Shown here in pieces: positions 39,160 through 48,827 of a stretch of 64,000 bases of DNA. A program made the translations under genes and the position numbers. Below the pieces are notes generated by a model. The model was not told the origin of the DNA. It saw only the letters and a program-made list of their open reading frames with translations, and did not search any database. Origin of the DNA: Methanobacteriota archaeon (lineage in GTDB: Archaea > Thermoplasmatota > Poseidoniia > Poseidoniales > Poseidoniaceae). Numbering within the stretch: position 1 is the stretch's first letter; each line of letters opens with the position of its first letter. Location: positions 7,687-71,686 of the forward strand of contig NZFU01000022.1 of assembly GCA_002689345.1 (NCBI GenBank), in the 5' to 3' direction.

Positions 39160-39227
39160 GACAACTGAATTGCTGGCCTTAGGTCTACTTTCATTTCCCA
39201 CACCCGTTGGGTGAAAGTGAAAGTGAA

Positions 39228-39518
39228 TCAATAGTGTGAACTTGTGTCGTCCTTGTTATCCTTCTTCCATGCCTTGTAACAGCCCTTACAGACACGGACA
39301 CGGTTCTTTCTAACGGAGAAGGTTCCTTCGCCCCAAGTATCAATGGCATTCTCTTGACTAAGGGAGCGTCCGCCCTTGTGTTTGTCTGCAAAACCATCAC
39401 AACTTGAAATTCCACAAGGGATTTCCCCTGGCTTCTCAACTTTGGTGGTATTGGCCTTCTTGCGCTTGCTAGAAGGGACTCTTACCTTTCGCTGGACACG
39501 GTTGGTTCGTCGGCTCAT
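39228..39518 (-). CDS. Small, highly basic Cys-rich (putative zinc-binding) protein of unknown function
   Basis: The 96-aa protein has a Lys/Arg-rich N-terminus, MSRRTNRVQRKVRVPSSKRKKANTTK. Its cysteines are arranged as CGISSC...CKGC. It lies immediately downstream of tfb on the same strand. Confidence 0.5.
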   Translation of the reverse strand: MSRRTNRVQRKVRVPSSKRKKANTTKVEKPGEIPCGISSCDGFADKHKGGRSLSQENAIDTWGEGTFSVRKNRVRVCKGCYKAWKKDNKDDTSSHY

Positions 39519-39556
39519 ACATCACATGCGGTAGCAACGGACAAATGAATATATCT

Positions 39557-40582
39557 TCAATTTTGACTGGATTCACCTATGCTCTTGAAGATACCTTCGA
39601 TTAGGCGATTAAGCCCACGCAGGGTTACTTCCGATACGTTTGCAACTTCACAAATCTCTGCTTGGGTTCTCTTATGTCCGGATTCGGCAGCTGCTTTGTA
39701 AATCAAAGCTGCAGCAACACCCATAGGTTTCTTACCTTGCCAAATCTCAACATGTGGTTGTAAGGCCAACCACAGTCTGTCAACTTGTAGTTGAGTATTT
39801 GGAGGCAACTTTAGATCACTAATGAATCGTCCAAAGTAATCTGATGGTGATGAAATCTTATGCATATTGAACTTGCGAGAGATGTGACGAATCATACGAG
39901 ATAACTCCTTTTCGTCTACTTCGAAGGCTTTTGATATGTCTGGAATCTGGCGAGGGACTCCTTCTTTGCGAGCAACAAGGTATGTGCACGCTGCGGTAAC
40001 ACCTGCTATCGAGCGACCAGTGACGAATCCTTGGTGAGACAGTATCTTGTAAAGACGGCATACTTCCTCATTCATTGACTTAGGGAGTCCTGATTTGTCT
40101 CGAACAGTTTGGTTAGCCTTAACCAGATTACGAGCGCGGCTTTGACGAGTTTTGGAGCGCTCATCATAGACACGACGGCGACGCCAATCTCTTCGGGCCT
40201 TTGCAGACATACCCAATCGCCCTGCTGCACCACTAGTAAGGTCTGATTTTGAAATTGAAGTATTGAGGCCTTTGTCAGCTAGGGTGTAGGTAGCAGGAGC
40301 ACCTACGCGTGAGCGATCAGAGGTGTTGTCGTAATTGGTCCAATCTGCGCCAGGGTCGATACTATTCTCTTCAACAACCAATCCGCAACCTCCACAAGAT
40401 ATCTCGCCACGAGAGGAGTCTGTGTTCCAGTCGATGACTCCACACTCGTCACAAGGCTTGGTATGGCCCTCGGTAATTCGTCGCTGCGGACGACTTGTGC
40501 CAAGTCCCTTACGGGCAATATTGTCGCGCTGCATATTCATCTTATCTTCCGCCAGGCGGCGGGTTTTGTCGTCTTGTTCCAT
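39557..40582 (-). CDS. tfb: Transcription initiation factor IIB (TFB)
   Basis: The zinc ribbon is CDECGVIDWNTDSSRGEISCGGCGLVVEEN. Two cyclin-fold repeats follow, ending in a helix-turn-helix segment (RTQAEICEVANVSEVTLRG). Confidence 0.9.
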   Translation of the reverse strand: MEQDDKTRRLAEDKMNMQRDNIARKGLGTSRPQRRITEGHTKPCDECGVIDWNTDSSRGEISCGGCGLVVEENSIDPGADWTNYDNTSDRSRVGAPATYTLADKGLNTSISKSDLTSGAAGRLGMSAKARRDWRRRRVYDERSKTRQSRARNLVKANQTVRDKSGLPKSMNEEVCRLYKILSHQGFVTGRSIAGVTAACTYLVARKEGVPRQIPDISKAFEVDEKELSRMIRHISRKFNMHKISSPSDYFGRFISDLKLPPNTQLQVDRLWLALQPHVEIWQGKKPMGVAAALIYKAAAESGHKRTQAEICEVANVSEVTLRGLNRLIEGIFKSIGESSQN

Positions 40583-40613
40583 GTCTAGTCAACCCCGAGT
40601 TATGTAGTTAGGT

Positions 40614-40637
40614 CACAGGCTTATATAGATTCCTGTG
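40614..40637 (-). promoter_or_regulatory. Candidate tfb promoter: a TATA-like element bracketed by a 6-bp inverted repeat
   Basis: The minus strand reads CACAGG-AATCTATATAAG-CCTGTG. The TATATAA centre lies ~43 nt upstream of the tfb ATG (40582), compatible with an archaeal TATA at about -26 and a short leader. Confidence 0.35.
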
Positions 40638-40887
40638 GCATTCCCGCTTGTTAAGTGCCAGACTGCCCTATCGGCGAACCTTTTTCCTTGCTAACAATAG
40701 TAATGTGTCGCCGCCTTATTTAAAGTCGTGGTTTTGATGTATCAATAACGTACAATCTAGAGGCAGAATCATAGATTCTAGAATTTGTCTTAAGCGAATT
40801 ATTTTCGGTTAAAATGGTTGATTTTCAGTGAAATGGAACAGCGCATAGTTCATGCACTCTATGGTATGCGCTAGAGATGGGAATACT

Positions 40888-42174
40888 ATGCCAGCCACAG
40901 TTGTACTCGGCGCCCAATGGGGAGATGAAGGCAAGGGAAAGCTTGTCGACCGCTTAGCAGAAAACGCTACCTGGGTAGCAAGATTTCAAGGTGGAAACAA
41001 TGCAGGGCATACTGTCGTATTAGGCGATAGAGTCCTGAAATTCCACCTATTGCCATCAGGAATAACCCGTGAAGAATGCGGATTGGTCTTAGGCGATGGC
41101 ATGGTAATTGACCCATGGGTCTTGGATAGAGAGTTGAATGATTGGGTTGAAGGTGGAGGAAAAGATCCCGCTGGCCACCGATTATTCATATCTAATCGCG
41201 CTCACATTATCCTTCCATATCACACCTATATCGATGGCCTAGACAAGAAGATCGGCACCACTGGTAGAGGCATAGGGCCTACATATGCTGACAAAATCAA
41301 TCGTATTGGACTTCGTTTCGCAGACCTTCCTTACTGTAACTTTGAAGAAATGGCAGAAAGACAGAATCAATCTTTGGAAGATGCAGGTTGCCGCCAAAGA
41401 GTAACAGCTTCTGAACTAGAAGAACAGATTGGTTGGATTCGCCAGCGTTTCGCAAGCGCCATTACTGACACAGGTATTCTTCTTGATAACGCTTTGAAGA
41501 TGGGAGAGAGAATTATTTTGGAAGGTGCTCAAGGATGTCTGTTAGATATTGACCAAGGAACATTCCCCTTCGTGACATCGTCTGTAACATCCAGAGGAAA
41601 TGCAACACACGGCGCTGGAATACATCCCGGTCATGTTGAATCGGTAATTGGCATCACTAAAGCCTACATCACCCGTGTTGGAAACGGACACATGCCAACA
41701 GAATTATTCGACGAAGATGGAGATCACCTAGGCACAGTAGGACACGAATTTGGCACCACCACTGGAAGAAAGCGCCGATGTGGCTGGTTTGATGCGGTTG
41801 TTATGCGTCATGCAAATAGAATCAATGGATTTACAGAATTAGCCCTAACAAAACTCGATGTCTTAGGCGGATTAGATGAAATCAAAATTTGTGTAGGATA
41901 CAAAATGGGTGATGCAGAAATAAATGAGATGCCTGCGAGTGCTATTGCATTGGAAGACTGTGAACCAATTTATGTTACAATGCCGGGATTCCCTTCACAC
42001 TCATTGGAAGAATGGTTGGGGATTGCTCGAAGATGTAATTCGCAAGAAATAGGATTTACAGGACTCCCTGCAGCCGCCCAAAATTACATCAAAAAATTAG
42101 AATCACTTCTTGGAGTAACAATCTCATCCGTCGGGCTTGGCCCAGACCGTGATGCAACTGTTGACCGCGTGTGA
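40888..42174 (+). CDS. purA: Adenylosuccinate synthetase
   Basis: MPATVVLGAQWGDEGKGKLVD, GGNNAGHTV, TTGRGIGPTY, GTTTGRKRRCGWFD. ATG 40888 gives the canonical N-terminus, whereas the track start at 40852 adds 12 aa. Confidence 0.9.
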   Translation: MPATVVLGAQWGDEGKGKLVDRLAENATWVARFQGGNNAGHTVVLGDRVLKFHLLPSGITREECGLVLGDGMVIDPWVLDRELNDWVEGGGKDPAGHRLFISNRAHIILPYHTYIDGLDKKIGTTGRGIGPTYADKINRIGLRFADLPYCNFEEMAERQNQSLEDAGCRQRVTASELEEQIGWIRQRFASAITDTGILLDNALKMGERIILEGAQGCLLDIDQGTFPFVTSSVTSRGNATHGAGIHPGHVESVIGITKAYITRVGNGHMPTELFDEDGDHLGTVGHEFGTTTGRKRRCGWFDAVVMRHANRINGFTELALTKLDVLGGLDEIKICVGYKMGDAEINEMPASAIALEDCEPIYVTMPGFPSHSLEEWLGIARRCNSQEIGFTGLPAAAQNYIKKLESLLGVTISSVGLGPDRDATVDRV

Positions 42175-42210
42175 AGTCTCAAAAGGGAGAAGCCTACCCG
42201 CAGGGATTAG

Positions 42211-42286
42211 GGGCGCTTAGCTCAGTTGGAAGAGTGCTTGGTTTGCAACCAAGATGCCGGGGGTTCAAATCCCCCAGCGTCCACCA
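42211..42286 (+). tRNA. tRNA-Ala (anticodon UGC), 3' CCA encoded
   Basis: Hand-folded cloverleaf. The acceptor is GGGCGCT/AGCGTCC with the G3:U70 alanine identity pair. The D arm is GCTC-AGTTGGAA-GAGT. The anticodon arm is CTTGG-TTTGCAA-CCAAG. The T arm is GGGGG-TTCAAAT-CCCCC. The discriminator is A, followed by CCA. Confidence 0.9.
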
Positions 42287-42414
42287 CCCTTAATCTTCAA
42301 TTGATGTCACGAGTCCTATAGGTCTCATTCGGCAGTAAATTTACCCCATTATATTGGGCGGATTGATTTGTTTAGACCACCAACATTCAAGAGTCTTGAG
42401 AAACAGGCTACTCC

Positions 42415-43728
42415 ATGGTAGAGATGCCCCCGGTTGGCAAACGTGTCAGAATGGTGGCAGAAGGTCCAGCAGGAAGTACATCTCACGAAGGTGTAGTCCT
42501 ACCTGGAGCCGCACAAGACCATATCACAATTAAATTGGTCAATGGCTACAATGTTAGTTATCCACTAAACACCGTGACATCAATTGATGAAATTGGCGAT
42601 AGAACTCCAAATACAAGTTCTACTGGAAAGGTCGAGCAAAACCAACATCTCCCCAAAGTAACAATCATTCACACTGGAGGTACGATTGCATCTAAGGTGG
42701 ACTATGCAACAGGTGCTGTAATCGCAAGATTTGAGCCTGAAGAATTGCTGTCAAGTGTACCTGAGATCCTAGAAATTGCAAATCTCGATGCTGTGAAATT
42801 AGGCAATATGTGGTCCGATGATATCAGGCCAATTCACTGGAACAAAATGATTGATGCGTGTCAAGAAGCATTTGATTCTGGCTCGGTTGGAGTAGTAATT
42901 ACTCATGGTACCGACACCCTACACATCAGCGCAGCTGCTCTTTCATTTGCATTCGCTGGAAATGGAGGGAAACCAGCCGGTAGAATTGTCTTCACCGGCT
43001 CCCAAAGATCTTCTGACAGAGCATCGTCCGATGCTACTGAAAATCTTCTATCAGCAGTCTATTGGGCTGCAAATGGTCCAGAAGTAACCGGTGACCGAGA
43101 TGCTGCTGTCACAGTAATGCATGCTGGTTCAGGCGATGGTGTCTGCGCAGTAAGCCCTGGCGTAGGAGTAAGAAAGATGCATTCAACCAAAAGAGATGCA
43201 TTCCAAATGGTAAATGGAGAAAGGATTGGAGAAATTACAATCTCCAGAAATGGTCTATCGCACACTACAACATCTAGCACTCAGAATCGAAGCGTAGAGA
43301 CACCTACAAAATATGACACGAGCATCAGGATTGCTCAATTTCTCGCAGGACCACACCTTCATTCCGATTTACTAGAAGCCGCAGAAAGTGCAGGATATTC
43401 TGCTTTGATGATTCATGGCACCGGATTAGGCCACTTGCCGATTGAAAATCCGAATGGTGATGCGCCTGAAAATGATAAACTCGCAGAGTATATCCAATCA
43501 TGCTCTATTCCGGTAATAGTTGCGAATCAATGTATCAATGGACCTATCGACCTAAATGTATATTCCAAGGGTAGAAATCAACAAGAAATCGGCATACTAG
43601 GCCATGGAACTACCTCTTCTCCTGAGGCTTTGTTAGCGAAGGTACACTGGGCATTATCCAATGGTAAAGACTTGAAAATACTTTCAGAAAACCTGTGTGG
43701 AGAGAATCAATCATCATTGAGAAATTGA
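42415..43728 (+). CDS. gatD: Glutamyl-tRNA(Gln) amidotransferase subunit D
   Basis: The N-terminal GatD-specific domain is HEGVVLPG...ITIKLVNGYNVSY. The asparaginase-like domain carries IIHTGGTIASKVDY and ITHGTDTL. The ~437-aa length fits. Confidence 0.85.
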   Translation: MVEMPPVGKRVRMVAEGPAGSTSHEGVVLPGAAQDHITIKLVNGYNVSYPLNTVTSIDEIGDRTPNTSSTGKVEQNQHLPKVTIIHTGGTIASKVDYATGAVIARFEPEELLSSVPEILEIANLDAVKLGNMWSDDIRPIHWNKMIDACQEAFDSGSVGVVITHGTDTLHISAAALSFAFAGNGGKPAGRIVFTGSQRSSDRASSDATENLLSAVYWAANGPEVTGDRDAAVTVMHAGSGDGVCAVSPGVGVRKMHSTKRDAFQMVNGERIGEITISRNGLSHTTTSSTQNRSVETPTKYDTSIRIAQFLAGPHLHSDLLEAAESAGYSALMIHGTGLGHLPIENPNGDAPENDKLAEYIQSCSIPVIVANQCINGPIDLNVYSKGRNQQEIGILGHGTTSSPEALLAKVHWALSNGKDLKILSENLCGENQSSLRN

Positions 43729-43766
43729 CCGCTTCAATGAAGAACCGCAAAGGAGTGGAAGGAAAT

Positions 43767-45329
43767 ATGTCGAAGGATTCGAGTGATGCGCTCGAGGACT
43801 TGAGGTACCGTCGCGAGCAAACTCGCTTGGGTGGTGGCCTAAAGCGCCAAGAGAGCATTCGAGTCTCCGGTAGAGGAACTGCTAGGGACCGTATTCGCAA
43901 TCTATTGGATGAAGATTCATTTGTTGAAGTTGATACTTTCCTCACCCACAGAACGGCAGATCATGGAATGTTCATGCATGAGACACTAGGAGATGGTGTC
44001 GTATGCGGGCATGGTACCGTTGATGGGCGACGTATCTATTGCTTCGCTCAGGATTTCTCTGTCCATGGAGGAAGCATGGGCGAAATGCATGCCCGTAAGA
44101 TTGCTAAAGTTGTGGAGATGGCTGAACGCACCAAGGTCCCTATCGTAGGGATTTGGGATGGTGGAGGACAGCGTGCCCAAGATGGGATTGCTGCACTTGG
44201 TGGAACTGGAGAACTTCTTGACAAATTAGTTCAATGTTCAGGTAGAATTCCGATGATTTCTCTAGTATTAGGTCCAGTTGTAGGTGTATCTGCACTAGGT
44301 GCTAGTCTTGCAGATTTCACAATTCTTGGTAATGAACATGGGCAATTATTCATGTCATCTCCTCTAGAAACACCAGAGTGTATCAGTGGAGAAGTAGATG
44401 CTGCTGGCTTAGGAGGCGCAACATTACATGCAAGCCGTTCTGGAATTGCTTGCTTAATTGCTGATGATGAAGAGGAAGCGTGTGCATTGGCAATAGACAT
44501 CCTAGGATTCTTGCCAGACAACAATATGGCTAGCCCACCGGTTGAGCCAACTGCAGATGAGGCTACTCGATTAAATCCAGATCTGGCCACATTAGTTCCA
44601 GATAACCCAAATCGGCCATATGATATGGTGAAAGTTATCGAAGAGATTGTCGATGATGGTATCTTCATGGAATTGTTCAATTCTTATGCCGAAAATATTG
44701 TCATAGGTTATGCTAGACTAGATGGTAAGTCGATAGGAATAGTTGCAAACCAACCCAAGGTTCTAGCAGGGTGCTTGGACATTGATGCATCGATTAAAGC
44801 AGCTAGATTCATCAGGACATGTGATGCATTCAACATTCCCTTGGTTACCTTTGAAGACGTGCCTGGTTTCTTGCCAGGGGTAGTCCAAGAATGGGGAGGA
44901 ATCATCCGACACGGAGCAAAATTACTGTTCGCATATGCTGAAGCTACCGTTCCTAAGATGACTTTGGTAACAAGAAAAGCATATGGCGGAGCTTATTTGG
45001 CGATGAGTTGTAAGCACCTACAATCCGATTACAATATTGCTTGGCCTACTGCTGAACTTGCAGTAATGGGGGCCGAAGGAGCAGTAAACATCATTCATAG
45101 AAGAGAAATTGCTGCTGCTGATGAAGATAAGAAAGAGGAGACTAGACTACAATTAGTCGACGAATATAAATCGAAATTTGGCGACCCATATGTTGCCGCT
45201 CGCAATGGTTGGTTAGACGATGTAATTGAGCCTGAGGAAAGTCGTTTGAGATTAATCCGTGCTCTTAGAATTCTATCATCAAAGAGAGAATGGTCTCCAC
45301 CAAAGAAACATGGAAACATTCCATTGTGA
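43767..45329 (+). CDS. pccB: Acyl-CoA (propionyl-CoA/methylmalonyl-CoA) carboxyltransferase beta subunit
   Basis: LGGGLKRQESIRVSGRGTARDRIRNLLDEDSFVEVD, FAQDFSVHGGSMGEMHARKI, GYARLDGKSIGIVANQP, ...PKMTLVTRKAYGGAYLAM. ATG 43767 (preceded by GGAGTGGAAGG) avoids overlap with gatD. Confidence 0.85.
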   Translation: MSKDSSDALEDLRYRREQTRLGGGLKRQESIRVSGRGTARDRIRNLLDEDSFVEVDTFLTHRTADHGMFMHETLGDGVVCGHGTVDGRRIYCFAQDFSVHGGSMGEMHARKIAKVVEMAERTKVPIVGIWDGGGQRAQDGIAALGGTGELLDKLVQCSGRIPMISLVLGPVVGVSALGASLADFTILGNEHGQLFMSSPLETPECISGEVDAAGLGGATLHASRSGIACLIADDEEEACALAIDILGFLPDNNMASPPVEPTADEATRLNPDLATLVPDNPNRPYDMVKVIEEIVDDGIFMELFNSYAENIVIGYARLDGKSIGIVANQPKVLAGCLDIDASIKAARFIRTCDAFNIPLVTFEDVPGFLPGVVQEWGGIIRHGAKLLFAYAEATVPKMTLVTRKAYGGAYLAMSCKHLQSDYNIAWPTAELAVMGAEGAVNIIHRREIAAADEDKKEETRLQLVDEYKSKFGDPYVAARNGWLDDVIEPEESRLRLIRALRILSSKREWSPPKKHGNIPL

Positions 45330-47792
45330 TCAATCTACACTCTGCTTCCTTGATTGAATCAGGTATCCTACTAGAAGGATAGCAAGTAGACCAAGGCCAA
45401 TTGGTAGTACCCAATCTCCTATTGCAACTTCGGAACCAGTATCATCTTGAGATATTACTACCTTGGTGAATTCAACATCCTGTGTTGCAGTGTTAGACCA
45501 TTCTTGCGCATGCCCATCCCAAACCTTCACCTCGACCGAGTAGGTCCCATCAGGGCCTTGACTATTTTGAGTAATACAAGTCATCATCTTATCGCCGGTA
45601 CATTCTGTTCCATCTTCGATAGATTCACCAGCAAGGGTCACTGAATATAATAATCCAACATCCCCATCAGAATCTGAAATAGTCCAAAGGACGGTCATCA
45701 TTCCTCCTGAAACATCGATTGATGAAATACCGACAACCGGTAAGTCAGGGACTGACTTTGTAGTGACTGTAAGATTCATGCTTGAAACATTGAAGCCATC
45801 ACTAACATTAATTTCAAACTGACTAGTTCCATGTAAGTCTAGGTTTCCTATCAAAACCAATTCACTGCCAGATAGAGAATATGTCACGATATCAGATTGT
45901 CCCGAAATGCTGTATGTCAATTCATCATTATCGACATTTACCGTATAATTTTCTAGTTGTAATGTAAGAACTCCGTCTTCATCCATTTCAACTTCGATGC
46001 TAGATTCTAGTAACTCAATCGGGTCATCAACAGCCTCAATATTGATTGGAACGAATAATTGTATATGTTCAGTAACGCCATCTGAAACATGGAATTCTAG
46101 TAATTCTGCACCATTCCAATGTACTTGAGGGTCGATTAATACAACCGATTGTGAAGAATTAATTCTCAGACCAGGATATTCTCTTGAGATCACTATCTCC
46201 AATTCCTCCCCTTCAGGGTCGCTTACATAATTAGAGAAATCAATTACGATGTTTTCTCCATCTTCAACCGATAGTTGTTGAGGGATATTTGTAGTTTGGA
46301 TAACCGGGTCGTTTACGGGTAGTACCGTTACATTAACGGTGATATTGGCCATATCTTGTCCTGCGGCTAAAGTCAGGTTCATTTGAACTGTACCATCCCA
46401 TTCTTGGTCTGCTACATGAGCGATTGATAATTCGGATACCGAATTGTTAACCAATAAACGATTTGAATTATCATCGACTAATTGCGCATCGAAAAAGATG
46501 AGTTCTTCCCCATCTGGGTCCGATGCAAATAGGTCAGGATAAACAATTACTGAGGAATGTTGGTCTAGTGAAACATTTGGTAATGGTTCGTTGACCTCCA
46601 ATGGCATTCCCACTCGAGTAACAATAATTTCAAGCCAATCTGAGAATGAATAATCTGCAACTCTTAACTCGATTAATGCTGGACCAGGAGATAGTGATGA
46701 GCCATTAATGGTACAAGATGCTAACCCATTTTGTAGAACTCCGTCGATGAGATCACCATTTGGCAATAGGCATGAAACATTACCTGTAGCAGGACTGTCA
46801 TCTCTCATCGTCACACTTGAAGAAATTGTAAATGATTGATTCAGCATTACTGGATTTAGTGTCGATGAAATGTTCTCCATTTGGTACAACCTAGAACGAG
46901 ATAAATCTTCATCAAAGTAAGAATTATCATCTGAAGAAACTGATTTATCCTCTCGATTAAACGCTGCTTGATAGGCATCATCATCACCTCTTAATGACAG
47001 ATTTAGATATGGTAGAATATGTTCTAACGCATGGATTTGCTGCTGCTCACGACCCATATTTGAATCTCCATCGGCCAACCTTTCCCAGAATGTATCACTC
47101 TCTTGATATCCAATGTGATTTGCACCAAGAGGGTGCATTACTTGCCAAGCTCCTGGCCAATCTTCCAAATATTTCAGCACGTTCTCATCAGCAGGTGCGA
47201 TATCATCCGTGGTGCCTGTCAAAAATAGTGCTGAAGAGGGGCGTGAAAGGAGAACAGGAACTGTATTACTAGTCGATGCTCCTTCAAGACCTAAGCCAAA
47301 TAATCCATCGATTCCATACATCCCACTCTTTACTATTTCAGCCGCAAAATGTGCTCCGGTTCCATGGCCTCCGAAGGAAATATGATTCAATGCAAACATA
47401 TTCTCTGCATCTGGTACAGAGGAAAATGTCCCATTATTCCAACCTCCCAAATAATATTCTAAATCATCCCAATCTGTCCCGTCTTCGACAACCAAACTGA
47501 TGTATCCCCACAAGGCTAATTCATCTTGTAACCAAATGTACTGGTCGACATCTTCAGACTCATCTGCAAAAAATACTACTACTGCAAAAGGTCCGTTCTG
47601 CGCCATATTTACTTCTTCGCCATCTGCTATTGAGGGATAGGATAGGCGGTAGCTACCAGTAATCGTCGGTTCTTCATCGAACTGTTCTAGCTGCCAACCT
47701 ACAAAACCAGAATTTAAATTTTGATTTGGAAAAGACTCGGCTAAAACAGTAGGAAGCAATAATATTGCAACTATAGCAATTATTCGCTTCAC
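45330..47792 (-). CDS. Surface protein with an N-terminal alpha/beta-hydrolase-like domain (nucleophile Ser replaced by Gly), cadherin-like repeats and a C-terminal TM anchor
   Basis: The GTG start overlaps the aroE stop (GTGA). The signal peptide is (M)KRIIAIVAILLLPTVLA. HISFGGHGTGAHFAAE occupies the GxSxG position. VNDPVIQT and VDDPIEL are cadherin-like linkers. The TM is WVLPIGLGLLAILLVGYLI, with a very short tail SRKQSVD. Confidence 0.8.
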   Translation of the reverse strand: MKRIIAIVAILLLPTVLAESFPNQNLNSGFVGWQLEQFDEEPTITGSYRLSYPSIADGEEVNMAQNGPFAVVVFFADESEDVDQYIWLQDELALWGYISLVVEDGTDWDDLEYYLGGWNNGTFSSVPDAENMFALNHISFGGHGTGAHFAAEIVKSGMYGIDGLFGLGLEGASTSNTVPVLLSRPSSALFLTGTTDDIAPADENVLKYLEDWPGAWQVMHPLGANHIGYQESDTFWERLADGDSNMGREQQQIHALEHILPYLNLSLRGDDDAYQAAFNREDKSVSSDDNSYFDEDLSRSRLYQMENISSTLNPVMLNQSFTISSSVTMRDDSPATGNVSCLLPNGDLIDGVLQNGLASCTINGSSLSPGPALIELRVADYSFSDWLEIIVTRVGMPLEVNEPLPNVSLDQHSSVIVYPDLFASDPDGEELIFFDAQLVDDNSNRLLVNNSVSELSIAHVADQEWDGTVQMNLTLAAGQDMANITVNVTVLPVNDPVIQTTNIPQQLSVEDGENIVIDFSNYVSDPEGEELEIVISREYPGLRINSSQSVVLIDPQVHWNGAELLEFHVSDGVTEHIQLFVPINIEAVDDPIELLESSIEVEMDEDGVLTLQLENYTVNVDNDELTYSISGQSDIVTYSLSGSELVLIGNLDLHGTSQFEINVSDGFNVSSMNLTVTTKSVPDLPVVGISSIDVSGGMMTVLWTISDSDGDVGLLYSVTLAGESIEDGTECTGDKMMTCITQNSQGPDGTYSVEVKVWDGHAQEWSNTATQDVEFTKVVISQDDTGSEVAIGDWVLPIGLGLLAILLVGYLIQSRKQSVD

Positions 47793-48730
47793 CCTAAATG
47801 CACCTCCACTGCAACTAATCTAGTCATCAAAAGAGATAGAGATGGTAAACTCTCAGCATATTTTGGTGCCCAAAGATTTGCCCAAGCAAACAGATGCTGA
47901 GCACACAATAACCAGCGGCCATCTGCATTGTTTGCCAAATGGGAAATCCGCTCATCAAAGTCGCCTTCCATCGACTCATAGCGAACTAAAATATCTCCAC
48001 CATCATCATCAAAATTAACTGTCAAATCATGCTGGTCATCGCATAGATCCCAAGGCCCATCTTCTTCAAGAAGACGATTTCCTCCTAATTGTTTAATCCG
48101 ACCACCATTCATAGTCCAAGATGCTGCAACTGAACGGGCTGCACCTCCACCACCGGTAATGCCCAAAACTCCGTCCTTAGAATGACCAAATGCTTCTGCA
48201 ACAAGGCTGAAGCCGGCTCCATCGGTAGATGCAGCCCACCATGCACGACCATCCCAACGCAGCGAATTTACAGAACGAATATCCATTGAATTGTCAACAT
48301 ACCTAACCGCTGCTGCAGATAATTGGTGCTTTAGAGGAGATGTCAATGACATCCAAACCTCTTCAACATCAAAGCCATGGCTTTCAAATTCGTGTGGGGG
48401 CATGTTTGCATTTGGTAGACGACTGTCGGCTTCTGAATGCTCCATACTTGCATTAACCGCTCGCTCCAACAAGGTATTTGCTCTAAACTTACCAAGAGGT
48501 GAACCGACCAATCCCCAATCGGGAGGAGAAGGTAAAGTTCCAGCATAACCCCATGCTAAGGCGTTTTCAACGCCATCTGTTGGTATTACTACCACTCCTT
48601 TTAATCCAGGTAAAACTATTCCTTCTGTTCTAGAAAGATGAGCATGAACAATTGCGGTAAGCACTGGCGATAAGGAATGCTCGATTGGCATTCCAGCAAC
48701 ACCATGACGCACCTTCCCCATAGAACTCAA
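47789..48730 (-). CDS. aroE: Shikimate dehydrogenase-like protein
   Basis: GVAGMPIEHSLSPVL (G.PI.HS.SP motif), SLTSPLKHQ, NSLRWDG...ASTDGAGF, GITGGGGAARSVA. It diverges from the canonical enzyme, so substrate specificity is uncertain. Confidence 0.65.
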   Translation of the reverse strand: MSSMGKVRHGVAGMPIEHSLSPVLTAIVHAHLSRTEGIVLPGLKGVVVIPTDGVENALAWGYAGTLPSPPDWGLVGSPLGKFRANTLLERAVNASMEHSEADSRLPNANMPPHEFESHGFDVEEVWMSLTSPLKHQLSAAAVRYVDNSMDIRSVNSLRWDGRAWWAASTDGAGFSLVAEAFGHSKDGVLGITGGGGAARSVAASWTMNGGRIKQLGGNRLLEEDGPWDLCDDQHDLTVNFDDDGGDILVRYESMEGDFDERISHLANNADGRWLLCAQHLFAWANLWAPKYAESLPSLSLLMTRLVAVEVHLG

Positions 48731-48827
48731 CCCTATGTTCCAGTACTTGAATAAGCCTATAATTAGGGCTATTTCACTTGAGCAATATTGGGCAACGGTG
48801 AATTATGAGTTAGACTTAGGCAAGTAC

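Noticed and set aside
39191-39439. An 82-aa ORF in an alternative frame overlapping the 96-aa basic protein gene.
   Set aside because: It is on the same strand and overlaps 39228-39518, which has the more protein-like feature set (basic N-terminus, paired Cys clusters). Only one of the two can be real.
42175-42210. A dedicated promoter for tRNA-Ala.
   Set aside because: No TATA/BRE-like A/T-rich box occurs in the 36 nt between the purA stop and the tRNA. Co-transcription with purA or an internal promoter cannot be distinguished from sequence alone.
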